A DNA stretch of 64,000 nt, taken from NCBI GenBank assembly GCA_965215225.1, contig OZ244039.1, positions 687,771-751,770 on the forward strand, in the 5' to 3' direction. Under the pieces are notes generated by a model, which was not told the origin of the DNA, ran no database searches, and saw only the letters and a list, made by a program, of their open reading frames with translations. Below, one piece after another: positions 30,346 through 40,600 of the stretch (position 1 is the first letter of the stretch; every line of letters starts with the position of its first letter). Source of the DNA: Gammaproteobacteria bacterium (GTDB lineage Bacteria; Pseudomonadota; Gammaproteobacteria; CBDBNL01; JAAOII01). Made by a program: the position numbers and the translations under genes.

Positions 30346-30560
30346 GAATTATATCCAATCTTCCACAAAAGAGAATATTATGAAAAAAGAGCCCCGAAGT
30401 GAAGGAGTCATAAAAAGCGAGACCATTTACGGTCAGACCTTCCGCTAATAGAGGAGGCGAAGTTGACCGCTTTACAGATTTTCTTTTACAGACGCTCATC
30501 AAAAAGAGAGTGAACTAAGAGGATTTATGGATTTGTGGAAGATACTATGTAATTCCCTAG
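30346..30560 (+). mobile_element. MITE-like ~220-bp repeat element, copy B (ORF disrupted)
   Basis: Inverted copy of 16676-16905; same terminal inverted repeats; immediately abuts minisatellite. Confidence 0.6.
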
Positions 30561-31860
30561 TTTTTTTTAGCTTGTAGTTTGTGTAGTTTGTATAGGAGTT
30601 TGTCTTTCCCTTTCTTCACAGCCGCTACCTCTTATTCCTTTCTATTGCCAAGTTGGTATAGGGTTTTGTTTTCCCCTTTCTTTACAGACGCCACCTCTTA
30701 TTCCTTTCTATTGTCAAGTTGGTATAGGATTTTGTCTTTTCCCTTTCTTCGCAGCCGCCGCATTCCTTTATATTGTTAAGTTTGTATAGTTTTTGTCTTT
30801 TCCCTTTCTTCGCAGCCGCCGCATTCCTTTATATTGCTAAGTTTGTATAGGATTTTGTCTGTCCCTTTCTTCGCAGGTATTCATCTACAAGAGTTTACTT
30901 AGTTTGTAATTTGTATAGTTGTATAGGTTCTTGTCTTTCCCTTTCTTCGCAGGTATTCATCTACAAGAGTTTATTTAGTTTGTAATTTGTATAGTTGTAT
31001 AGGTTTTTGTCTTCCCCTTTCTTCGCAGCCGCCTCATTCCTTTATATTGCCAAGTTTGTATAGTTTTTGTCTTTTCCCTTTCTTCGCAGGTATTCATCTA
31101 CAAGAGTTTATTTAGTTTGTAATTTGTATCGGATTTTGTCTTTCCCTTTCTTCGCAGGTATTCATCTACAAGAGTTTATTTAGTTTGTAATTTGTATCGG
31201 ATTTTGTCTTTCCCTTTCTTCGCAGGTATTCATCTACAAGAGTTTATTTAGTTTGTAATTTGTATCGAATTTTGTCTTCTCCCTTTTCTTCACAGCCGCC
31301 CCCTCTCATTCCTTTCTATTGCCAAGTTTGTATAGTTTGTGTGGGGTTTTGTCTTTCCCCTCTTTTTTTCACAGGTATTTATCTATAAGAGTTTATTTAG
31401 TTTGTAGTTTGTATCGAATTTTGTCTTCCCTCTTTTTTTTCACAGCCGCCCCCTCTCATTCGTTTTTATTGCCAAGTTTGTATAGGTTTTTGTTTGTCCC
31501 TTTCTTCGCAGCCGCCGCATTCCTTTATATTGCCAAGTTTGTATAGGTTTTTGTCTTTCCCCTTTCTTCGCAGCCGCCGCATTCCTTTATATTGTTAAGT
31601 TTGTATAGTTTTTGTCTTTTCCCTTTCTTCGCAGCCGCCGCATTCCTTTATATTGCTAAGTTTGTATAGGATTTTGTCTGTCCCTTTCTTCGCAGGTATT
31701 CATCTACAAGAGTTTATTTTGTTTGTAATTTGTATAGTTGTATAGGTTTTTGTCTGTCCCTTTCTTTACAGTCGCCGCATTCCTTTATATTGCCAAGTTT
31801 GTATAGGATTTTGTCTTTCCCCTTCTTCACAGGTATTGATATATAAGAGCGTGAGTTTAC
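30560..31860. repeat. Complex non-coding minisatellite, ~20 units of two interleaved unit types (~61 bp ..tttgtctttccctttcttcgcagccgccgcattcctttatattgccaagtttgtatag.. and ~80 bp ..ttcgcaggtattcatctacaagagtttatttagtttgtaatttgtat..)
   Basis: Direct reading; pyrimidine-rich strand bias; only short spurious ORFs. Confidence 0.85.
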
Positions 31861-32051
31861 ATCCTAAGTGCAATACCTCAAGATTATAATTTGGCAACTG
31901 GTGTGGCACTAGTGGTGGGAATTTGCTTGATGTAAATTCATTCATAAATGATATAATACTCGTATAGCGAAAACTAAAAAGTAAGTCAATTTTTACAAGT
32001 TAATCAAAACTTTGATGGTAAAATTACTTTCATCAATATTATAAGGAGCTT

Positions 32052-33359
32052 ATGATAAGATATTTATTCAGACTGCTTGCCTCTTTCTTTACTAGGGCGT
32101 TTGCCTTTTTTATCAGTGTGGTAGTCTTTCTTATCAGGCAGTTCGTACTCTTTATCAGGCAGCTTGTTTTCTTTGTCAAGCAGCTCGTTTTTTTCTTGAT
32201 CAGGCAGCTCAAGTCTTTATACAGGCAACTCGTTTTCTTTATCAAGCAGCTAGTCTCTTTCTTGATCAGGCAGCTCAACTTTCTCGTTACCAAGGTGCCC
32301 AAGTCGCTCGTGCCTTTCATTGCTGAGAAATTTGGGCCATTTTTGTTAGAGCGGTCTCTCCCTTTCTTTATTGGTGCTGGTATTACAGCGGGGACTACCA
32401 TTCCTTATTATGAGTTTCGTGATGATTCAAAAGTACTCACAAAAATTGAAGCATTGCTTAGGAAAATTGACACTATTTCCGGCACCGTTAACAGGACTGA
32501 AGACACTGTTGAAGGAATATTGGCAAACATTACTTCTACTTTAAACATCACTGCCGAGAATCAGATAGTCATTAGAAGTATATCGGCAAACATTAGCTCT
32601 ATTTCCGACATCACTGCCAAGAATGAGATAGCCATTAGAAATATATCGGTAAAGATTGACTCTATTTCCAACACCACTGCCAGGAACGAGAGAGCTATTG
32701 GAGATATATCGGCAGACATTAGTTCTGTATCGAATTATGTTGTCAATAATATTAATAAGACATTAGCTTTCGCTATTCATACTAAAACTGTAGAGATAGA
32801 TCAAATGAATCAAACTATAAATCAAATCATGAGTCAGGCAAAGGATCAAGGGAAAAAAATGTATAGAAGCAATCAAGAAAAATACCAAGAGTATATAGAC
32901 GCTTTACTTAAAAGACAAGGACAATTAGAAAAAGAAGGGAAGGAACTTAGGCAAAAAAGAGATGAGTTTTTGAAAGACCCTTTAAAACCCCTCAATATGT
33001 ATAATAATGATCCTGATGAAATAGCTTCATCGTCTAACTCTATCGAAGAGTTTAATAGAGCCCAAGATAAGTTTATTGTTTACATAACGGATCCAAAGAC
33101 GAAAAACCTTCCTAAGGCAATTCCCCTGATAGTTAATAATAGGGCAGTGCTACTTAATAGGGCGGTGCCAGTTAGACGTGAAATGGGAAAAATGTCATCT
33201 TCAAGCAGCAGTTGCCCATCAAGAGGGCAAGGGATTTTTCTCGGGGAGCTTCTTGATCCTAAAACGAGGAACCCTTTTAGCATCTATAACAGCAATCAGC
33301 CTTTCTTTCTCAATAATGGGATAGGACTAAATAATAGGTGCTTTCTTTATCTCCCTTAG
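32052..33359 (+). CDS. Hypothetical repeat-containing protein
   Basis: 435-aa ORF immediately downstream of the minisatellite. N-terminal 21-nt (7-aa, (I/V)(R/K)QLVFF) tandem repeats. Internal 60-nt/20-aa repeats (I..NISSISDITAKNEIAIRNIS). K/E-rich predicted coiled coil. Coding status not certain. Confidence 0.4.
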   Translation: MIRYLFRLLASFFTRAFAFFISVVVFLIRQFVLFIRQLVFFVKQLVFFLIRQLKSLYRQLVFFIKQLVSFLIRQLNFLVTKVPKSLVPFIAEKFGPFLLERSLPFFIGAGITAGTTIPYYEFRDDSKVLTKIEALLRKIDTISGTVNRTEDTVEGILANITSTLNITAENQIVIRSISANISSISDITAKNEIAIRNISVKIDSISNTTARNERAIGDISADISSVSNYVVNNINKTLAFAIHTKTVEIDQMNQTINQIMSQAKDQGKKMYRSNQEKYQEYIDALLKRQGQLEKEGKELRQKRDEFLKDPLKPLNMYNNDPDEIASSSNSIEEFNRAQDKFIVYITDPKTKNLPKAIPLIVNNRAVLLNRAVPVRREMGKMSSSSSSCPSRGQGIFLGELLDPKTRNPFSIYNSNQPFFLNNGIGLNNRCFLYLP

Positions 33360-33969
33360 GAAGTCCGAGGATCTATTTACTACTCTAATATCCACTTTAA
33401 GGGTTTATTTTTATTCAAAACAAGATGTATCTATGTTTTTTCAAAGATCATCAGGCGGCATTAAGTTATATGTATCTATAACAGAGATCCATCTCCCATA
33501 GTAATCATAATGGAATGTCGTCCGGGGTGGTGGCGATTTGTTTAGTCTTTTTGCCCCCTTTTGTTTATTCAGCCTTATTATTTGGACTGATCCGCGGGCA
33601 GCTTTTTATTTGGATCTAAGTGCAATGGCTTTGTCCTTCACTATGACAATACCTGCCGCCTTGAGCAGAGATATTGTCATTAGTCCGTAAGAAGGGCTTG
33701 ACCGCACCAATAATACTCAAAAAAACAATCATTGTAAATATTGCTACCATTAGGTGCGAGCAGCAAGAGAACCAACCGTCATTTCATAAGGAAACGAAAC
33801 GGTATGACCCTAATGGAAGCAATTAATCATTAGAAGTCGTCGCCTTGTCTGTTGTCATTCACAAAGGCAATAATTCCCTCTTTTTAAATGCAAATTCGTG
33901 ACTAAGAAACTTGTAAAGAAATGTTTTTTTATTGCTAATTTTAGTTTCTTATGATATAATGGCTTCATT

Positions 33970-34612
33970 ATGAGCATGTTTACGGCAGGATCTTTAGGAT
34001 TAATAGGTGGATTGATTCTTCCACTTGTTAAGATCATAGTTAATTCCTGTAATAACCATAGAGAACGCATACATAAGGAGCGAATGAAAGCATTTGAAAT
34101 AGAAGAACTGAAACAGAAAGTGGCTCTTGCAAAAATACAAGGAAATAGCGAACTAAAATCTCAAATGATTGAAGCTAACAAAGAAGTAAATAAGAGTGAA
34201 CAATAAGCAAATAAAGGCATCTGCAATAGAAGGGAATAGCGAACTAAAATCTCAAATGATTGAAGCTAACAAAGAAGCAAATAAAAATGAAACAGAAGAC
34301 AGAAAGTCGGCAAGGACGCATGATGCAGCTAAATATATTTCAACTTTATCTAAGGAGTCGCCTAAATTCGCGTGGTACCTATTTACTATAGTAGATACTC
34401 TTAGAGGATTAGTAAGGCCAATAGTTACTTTTTGGGTGGTTGGTCTTTTTACAGTATTTATACTCTGCCCTGATGAGGAAACGTCAAATTTGTTGTTGAC
34501 TAATGGTAAGGACATTCAGGACATTAAAAATGCACTAATTGGAGTGTTGTTTGCCTGCATAGCATTTTGGTTTGGGGATAAAGTTGCCGAAGGTATTGAA
34601 AAAAAGAAATAG
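33970..34612 (+). pseudogene. Small membrane protein gene split by a 91-bp tandem duplication (track ORFs 33970..34206 and 34196..34612)
   Basis: GNSELKSQMIEANKE(V/A)NK duplicated (copies start 34141 and 34232, 91 bp apart = frameshift); N-terminal TM + two C-terminal TM helices. Confidence 0.45.
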
Positions 34613-34617
34613 AACCG

Positions 34618-35106
34618 GCCATAACTGTGAGCATAACGGCGTTTTTGATTGCGGAGAAAGCGATGCAAGTCATCGCCCGCTTTTTGATTTTTGCGAATCC
34701 AACGATAAAGTGTGACAAATGAGATGCAACAGCTCCCTTCAGAACTCCACCGCCCTGCTATCTGCTCGGGACTCCAGCTTTGTTTCAACGACGCTTGTGC
34801 CTGCGCTTTCACCTCATCGGTTAGCACAGAATAACGAGAACGCTGTTGTTGCCTTGCTTCACTTATTTGCTGAACTTGCTGATGACGATAGGCTTGCTTC
34901 CCGTTATTGCGCTGAGTTTCTCGGCTAATAGTAGAAGGACAAGGATCTAAAAGCGCCGAACTATAAAGTGCATGCTCTTTCCTCATTTTTTCTATTATTG
35001 CTCGTTATTTCTTTGAAATATGGGCATAATGCTTTTTACACGAAACCTCTTTGTTGATTTTCTTGGATGGGATTATATAATCCCGTCAAAGAGGTGTTGC
35101 ACTTAT
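34618..35106 (-). mobile_element. IS30-family element, truncated copy (outer terminal IR + HTH N-terminal ~125 aa of transposase only)
   Basis: ORF 34516..34986(-): ..PSTISRETQRNNGK..WSPEQIAGRW.. IS30 N-terminal signature; 5' region homologous (inverted) to 36167-36320. Confidence 0.65.
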
Positions 35107-35122
35107 GAAGTAAATTCACGAA

Positions 35123-36166
35123 TTGGGACAAAAAGGAGTCATGTTGGAAAAGGGAATGATAGTGGTGGTGGACACCACTGCCATCGAGCTAATCCGTTCT
35201 CGGCTGGAGGATAGCTGCAAAAGGAAGCCCACCCAGGATCCCGAAGCAGACTACAATGGCAAGGTCGGGCGCAAAGCAACTGATGGTTACAAGCTCCATA
35301 CCAATGCGGATGCCGAGGGATGGATCAGGAAGATCGCCGACATGCCCAGCAGCGTCCACATCCCTCAGATGCTCCCAGAACGGATGAGCGGCAATGAACA
35401 AAACGCCAACAACGGATACGCTGGTCAAAAAATTGCCTCACTGCTTGGCGACAAGAGACGCTTTCTTCATCGTCCTTACCGCGATATTCCATTCACCGGA
35501 CGGCAACACCGAGAAAATGCAGCCCGACAAAAAACGCGCAATCTAGTGAAACTCACCTTCGCCCATCTCAAACGCCATTTTGGCTTAACAAAGACCCGTT
35601 ACCTCGGACAAGCACGGAACTACGCATCCGCGCTTCTCACTACTATTGCCTCCAATCTCAAACGAGCCGCACCTAAGACTAAATACTCAATCACCCTCTT
35701 ATTTGTATTGTTAAGTTTTAATGTTGGTTCTACTGAGTATAAGCAGTTATGGTATGGGCCGTTTTGTGTTCGGGATGACTTGAAATTCTGTATAGATATT
35801 TCTTTAAATCCTTATGCAAATTTAGATATTAAGAATTTTGATGGCATAGAGGTTCGGACTGTTCCTTCTCGTCTTTTTAGTGGCGAGCGTCATCTTCGTG
35901 GTGGGCGTCATCCTCCTAATTTGATTTTGCGTAGTCTGAATGGTAATGGCGCGGCCATATTTGTTAAGGATGCGTTTAATGATTTTACTTATCTTACTTA
36001 TAGGACGGGTTTTGATTTTTGCTTTTTTGCTCGGCGTGTTATTGGTGAGGATTTAGAGATTGAGATTGAGGGAGCTCGTTATATTTTAGTTATTTCCAGT
36101 GACACTTCTTGGTCGAATTTTGCTTTGAGTTGTATAGATTATATTGAGTTGAAAAGTGAGTCATGA
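35123..36166 (+). pseudogene. IS4/IS5-family (DDE_Tnp_1) transposase fragment fused to unrelated low-complexity tail
   Basis: VVVDTTAIE (first catalytic D region) ... RNLVKLTFAHLKRHFGLTKTRYLGQARNYASALLTTIASNLKRA (classic IS4/IS5 C-terminal signature); higher GC than surroundings; residues after ~195 lack homology. Confidence 0.55.
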
Positions 36167-37460
36167 ATTCCCACTATAAGTGCAACGCCTCTTTTTTTTA
36201 GAAGGGATTATACAATCCCATCCAAGAAAACCAAAAGAGAGGTCTCGTGTAAAAAGCATTATTTTGTCTTTCAAAAAAGAACGAGCAATGATAGAAAAAT
36301 GAGGAGAGAAGGAAAGAGCATGCGCTCTATAGCTCGGCGCCTAGATCCTTGTTCTTCTACTATTAGCCAAGAGATGCAGCCCAATAGCGGGAAGCGCGGC
36401 GCCCGTCTTTGCAAGCGCATCAAAGAAGCCAAGCCAGACATTTAGAACCTTCTTACTATGAGGTTTTAACTGATCGGATGAAGGAAAAAGCCCGCACTTT
36501 ATTAGAGCGCCAATAGAGTCCAGTCGGCTGGCGTTATGCAGGGGTGTCCTCTTCTAAAAATACGCTGTATTGGTGGATAGAAAAGAATCGCAAAGCAGGT
36601 GGTGACCTACATCCTGCGATGCAATCAAGGACGCCGTCATGCTCTATGGACGAAAAGCCTATTCGCAGTGCATTCCAGGGCGGGTCGGCATAGAAAAGCG
36701 TCTAGCCATAGTCGAAGAACGAAAGCGTCTAGGCGACTGGGAAGCCGATACCATGCGGCCATCATTGCCCACCATTAAGGCTTCCTGGTGACTCTAGTGG
36801 ATCGAAAACTTCTCGGGTCGGCATAGAAAATCATCCAGCCATAGTGGAAAAACGAAAACGACTAGGCGATTGGGAAGCCGATACCACGCGCCCATCATTG
36901 CCCACCATTAAGACTTCTTGGTGACTCTGGTGGATCGAACTTCTCGTCTCGGCATAGAAAAGCGTCCAGCCATAGTCGAAGAACGAAAGCGTCTAGGCGA
37001 CTGGGAAGCCGATACCAACCATCAAGGATTCTTAGTGACCCTGGTCGAACGAACTTCCCGTACTATTCTGATAGCCAAGGTGCCTCGCAAAGAAAAAGAC
37101 TTAGTCGCAAAAGCTATCCTTGCTATGCTCCAACTCATCGCAGACTATGCCTATACCATCTGACAATGGCTGTGAGTTCAGCGACCATTAGAATATCGCT
37201 GAGAAACTCGATTGCGACACCTACTTCGCCACTCCTTATCGCAGCTGGGGAAGAGGTGCCAATGAAAATGCCAATGGACTCATTCGCCAGTAGCTGCCAA
37301 AAAGAATGTCCATCCGAAATTTATCCAACCAAATAATAACACAAATCACCAACCGATTGAACCACCGACCACGAAAGTGCCTCGGATTCAAAACACTCGC
37401 TGAGGTGTTCCAACAACTCAGCGAGGCAGACTATGATTTAGCAACAGGTGTTGCACTTTA
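36167..37460 (+). mobile_element. IS30-family element, degenerate copy (transposase with multiple frameshifts/stops and ~120-bp internal tandem repeats at 36640-37000); IR-like ends ataagtgcaac / gttgcactttaa
   Basis: Fragments MRSIARRLDPCSSTISQEMQPNSGK.. (HTH), ..KRKRLGDWEADT.., ..FATPYRSWGRGANENANGLIRQ.., ..LNHRPRKCLGFKTLAEVF.. in different frames. Confidence 0.7.
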
Positions 37461-37570
37461 AATGTTAATCCACCATATCCGTATGTGGATAACTTAGCAA
37501 AGCATCTTAATGTAATTGTCAATTGATTCTGTCCAGCATATTAATCGGGATCGAATATGCTTTGAATCGC

Positions 37571-37603
37571 GGGGGGGGGGGGGGGGGGGGGGGGCTTTTT
37601 TTT
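37571..37603 (+). repeat. G24 homopolymer followed by T8 at the boundary between IS cluster and CRISPR array
   Basis: Direct count of 24 consecutive G (37571-37594), c, then 8 T. Confidence 0.9.
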
Positions 37604-37626
37604 GTAAACGAAAATTTAACTAAAAC

Positions 37627-40600
37627 GTTGTGATTTGCGGGCGCTCTCCGATGAGTTAAAATCCGTTTTATATTCATTGGATTGAAGTATCAGTTGTGAT
37701 TTGCGGGCGCTCTCCGATGAGTTAAAATAGCGCTGGGGCGGATCAGCGAAGCATTGGTGTTGTGATTTGCGGGCGCTCTCCGATGAGTTAAAATGCCTCC
37801 CATTTTGAGACCGCGGATGAGAAAGTTGTGATTTGCGGGCGCTCTCCGATGAGTTAAAATGGCGTCTTGAGATGAGAAGCAATGACTTGAGTTGTGATTT
37901 GCGGGCGCTCTCCGATGAGTTAAAATCAACCGAACACAAATCATCCGCTTGGGATTGTTGTGATTTGCGGGCGCTCTCCGATGAGTTAAAATTCGGTAAG
38001 AAAAACAAAGAATGGTGTTGTGGTTGTGATTTGCGGGCGCTCTCCGATGAGTTAAAATAATTGAATTAGACGATGGAAGCTCTTTGCGGTTGTGATTTGC
38101 GGGCGCTCTCCGATGAGTTAAAATTGGACACGGCTTATCCAGGCACGACCCCTTGTTGTGATTTGCGGGCGCTCTCCGATGAGTTAAAATAGTAAAGCCG
38201 TTCAGAGTGCGTTCGAGCGGGTTGTGATTTGCGGGCGCTCTCCGATGAGTTAAAATTAGCTACCCCGCTAAGACTATTTGCTGATTGTTGTGATTTGCGG
38301 GCGCTCTCCGATGAGTTAAAATGCGATGCGCGGGCGATATTTGCATGCGCCCGTTGTGATTTGCGGGCGCTCTCCGATGAGTTAAAATAAATAATAGGAG
38401 GGTGGTAAGAAAAATATTGTTGTGATTTGCGGGCGCTCTCCGATGAGTTAAAATCTGAAACGCAGCAATAGAATCGCCAACGACGTTGTGATTTGCGGGC
38501 GCTCTCCGATGAGTTAAAATTGCTACTTATCAGAAAGCGCTTACCCATCAGTTGTGATTTGCGGGCGCTCTCCGATGAGTTAAAATTCATTCGCCTCTTT
38601 CTTATTGAACTAGGCGTTGTGATTTGCGGGCGCTCTCCGATGAGTTAAAATACTTATGGATTGACAAGAGTGAACTGAGTAGTTGTGATTTGCGGGCGCT
38701 CTCCGATGAGTTAAAATACCGAAGTATACATTTGATTCATCCTTTCGGTTGTGATTTGCGGGCGCTCTCCGATGAGTTAAAATTAAGACACTTTTTTCCT
38801 CCAATCGCTTGAGTTGTGATTTGCGGGCGCTCTCCGATGAGTTAAAATATCACCTTTGCTTGAACGAACGGTTCAAGTGTTGTGATTTGCGGGCGCTCTC
38901 CGATGAGTTAAAATGACTTCTGAACTAGTCCGTGCTAAAATAACAGTTGTGATTTGCGGGCGCTCTCCGATGAGTTAAAATGCAACGCAGGAGCGAACTG
39001 AACGCTATACCGTTGTGATTTGCGGGCGCTCTCCGATGAGTTAAAATCCGTTAAGAATGAGGTAGCGGTCGTGATAAGTTGTGATTTGCGGGCGCTCTCC
39101 GATGAGTTAAAATGCCCTGGCCGCTCGGGCTTCGGCTTCGAGGGTTGTGATTTGCGGGCGCTCTCCGATGAGTTAAAATTTTTTATAAATCGCGTTATTA
39201 TTAGACTCTGTTGTGATTTGCGGGCGCTCTCCGATGAGTTAAAATGGTCGGTGATGGTAGCCGAAGAGAACGGCAGTTGTGATTTGCGGGCGCTCTCCGA
39301 TGAGTTAAAATAGTAAAGCGTGTGCCTCCCCCTCCCGTTATGTTGTGATTTGCGGGCGCTCTCCGATGAGTTAAAATACTGATACCCTACTTGGCAACCT
39401 GCGGAGGGTTGTGATTTGCGGGCGCTCTCCGATGAGTTAAAATTCTACCGCCTGAGACACTTACTGCCTCAGGGTTGTGATTTGCGGGCGCTCTCCGATG
39501 AGTTAAAATTTCACGCTGGCTCGCCAATGGCTAAGTTGGGTTGTGATTTGCGGGCGCTCTCCGATGAGTTAAAATACTTCCCCTGATGAGAACGGGCGGA
39601 ACGCCGTTGTGATTTGCGGGCGCTCTCCGATGAGTTAAAATGCTGAATGGTCGGTGGCATATAAGGAACAAGTTGTGATTTGCGGGCGCTCTCCGATGAG
39701 TTAAAATCGCCAAGCAGCTAAGCCAGATATCATGGGAGTTGTGATTTGCGGGCGCTCTCCGATGAGTTAAAATTTCTTAAGTAAGAAAAGTTAAGAGCAG
39801 AGAGTTGTGATTTGCGGGCGCTCTCCGATGAGTTAAAATCGTTATGATGAGAAAGAACTCAAGGGATTAGTTGTGATTTGCGGGCGCTCTCCGATGAGTT
39901 AAAATCGATATCACTAAGGACGAGACCGAACAAGCGTTGTGATTTGCGGGCGCTCTCCGATGAGTTAAAATCTGTATGACACCAGCAATAACTTCAATGA
40001 TGTTGTGATTTGCGGGCGCTCTCCGATGAGTTAAAATCTTACCCATCAGAAGATGCACGCTCGCAACGTTGTGATTTGCGGGCGCTCTCCGATGAGTTAA
40101 AATCTATTTTTGCTTCTTTGTGGCTAGTTGCCAGTTGTGATTTGCGGGCGCTCTCCGATGAGTTAAAATACCTGAAATTTCAGTGGTGAAATCAGTGAAG
40201 TTGTGATTTGCGGGCGCTCTCCGATGAGTTAAAATGGCTATGTCGGAGTAGATAAGCGTCTGAAAGTTGTGATTTGCGGGCGCTCTCCGATGAGTTAAAA
40301 TCGGCTCTTGGCTGGGTCTTTATAGGCATTAGTTGTGATTTGCGGGCGCTCTCCGATGAGTTAAAATTGCTCTGCAGACCATTGAATTAACATTTGAGTT
40401 GTGATTTGCGGGCGCTCTCCGATGAGTTAAAATACGGAGGTGATACATGAGCCCAGAACTATTGTTGTGATTTGCGGGCGCTCTCCGATGAGTTAAAATC
40501 GCCACCAACCGAGAGAGACGGGCAGGGCAGTTGTGATTTGCGGGCGCTCTCCGATGAGTTAAAATCGATATAAAGGCAAGGGGATGGCAAGATAGGTTGT

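Noticed and set aside
30579-31546. ORFs 30579..30779 and 31319..31546 within the minisatellite
   Set aside because: Repetitive low-complexity translations of tandem repeats; no start context or homology.
30560-31860. Splice-site-like motifs in the minisatellite (polypyrimidine tract + cag | gtattcat)
   Set aside because: Recurs only as part of the repeat unit in a bacterial context; considered coincidental.
35056-36232. Initial impression of a discrete IS element with ~45-bp terminal inverted repeats (tggatgggatt(a/g)tataatccc...gttgcacttat) enclosing ORF 35123..36166
   Set aside because: The 'TIRs' continue into homologous sequence on both outer sides and belong to two inverted IS30-family copies (34618-35106 and 36167-37460). 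The central 1.06 kb is instead a separate IS4/IS5 transposase fragment.
37441-37626. Search for a tracrRNA/anti-repeat or leader promoter in the 190 bp upstream of the first repeat and the 75 bp after the last repeat
   Set aside because: No segment complementary to the repeat was seen in either flank, so no tracrRNA is annotated. The 3' flank (aagccgc...ggcggctt) forms only a weak long-loop hairpin, which is not called as a terminator.
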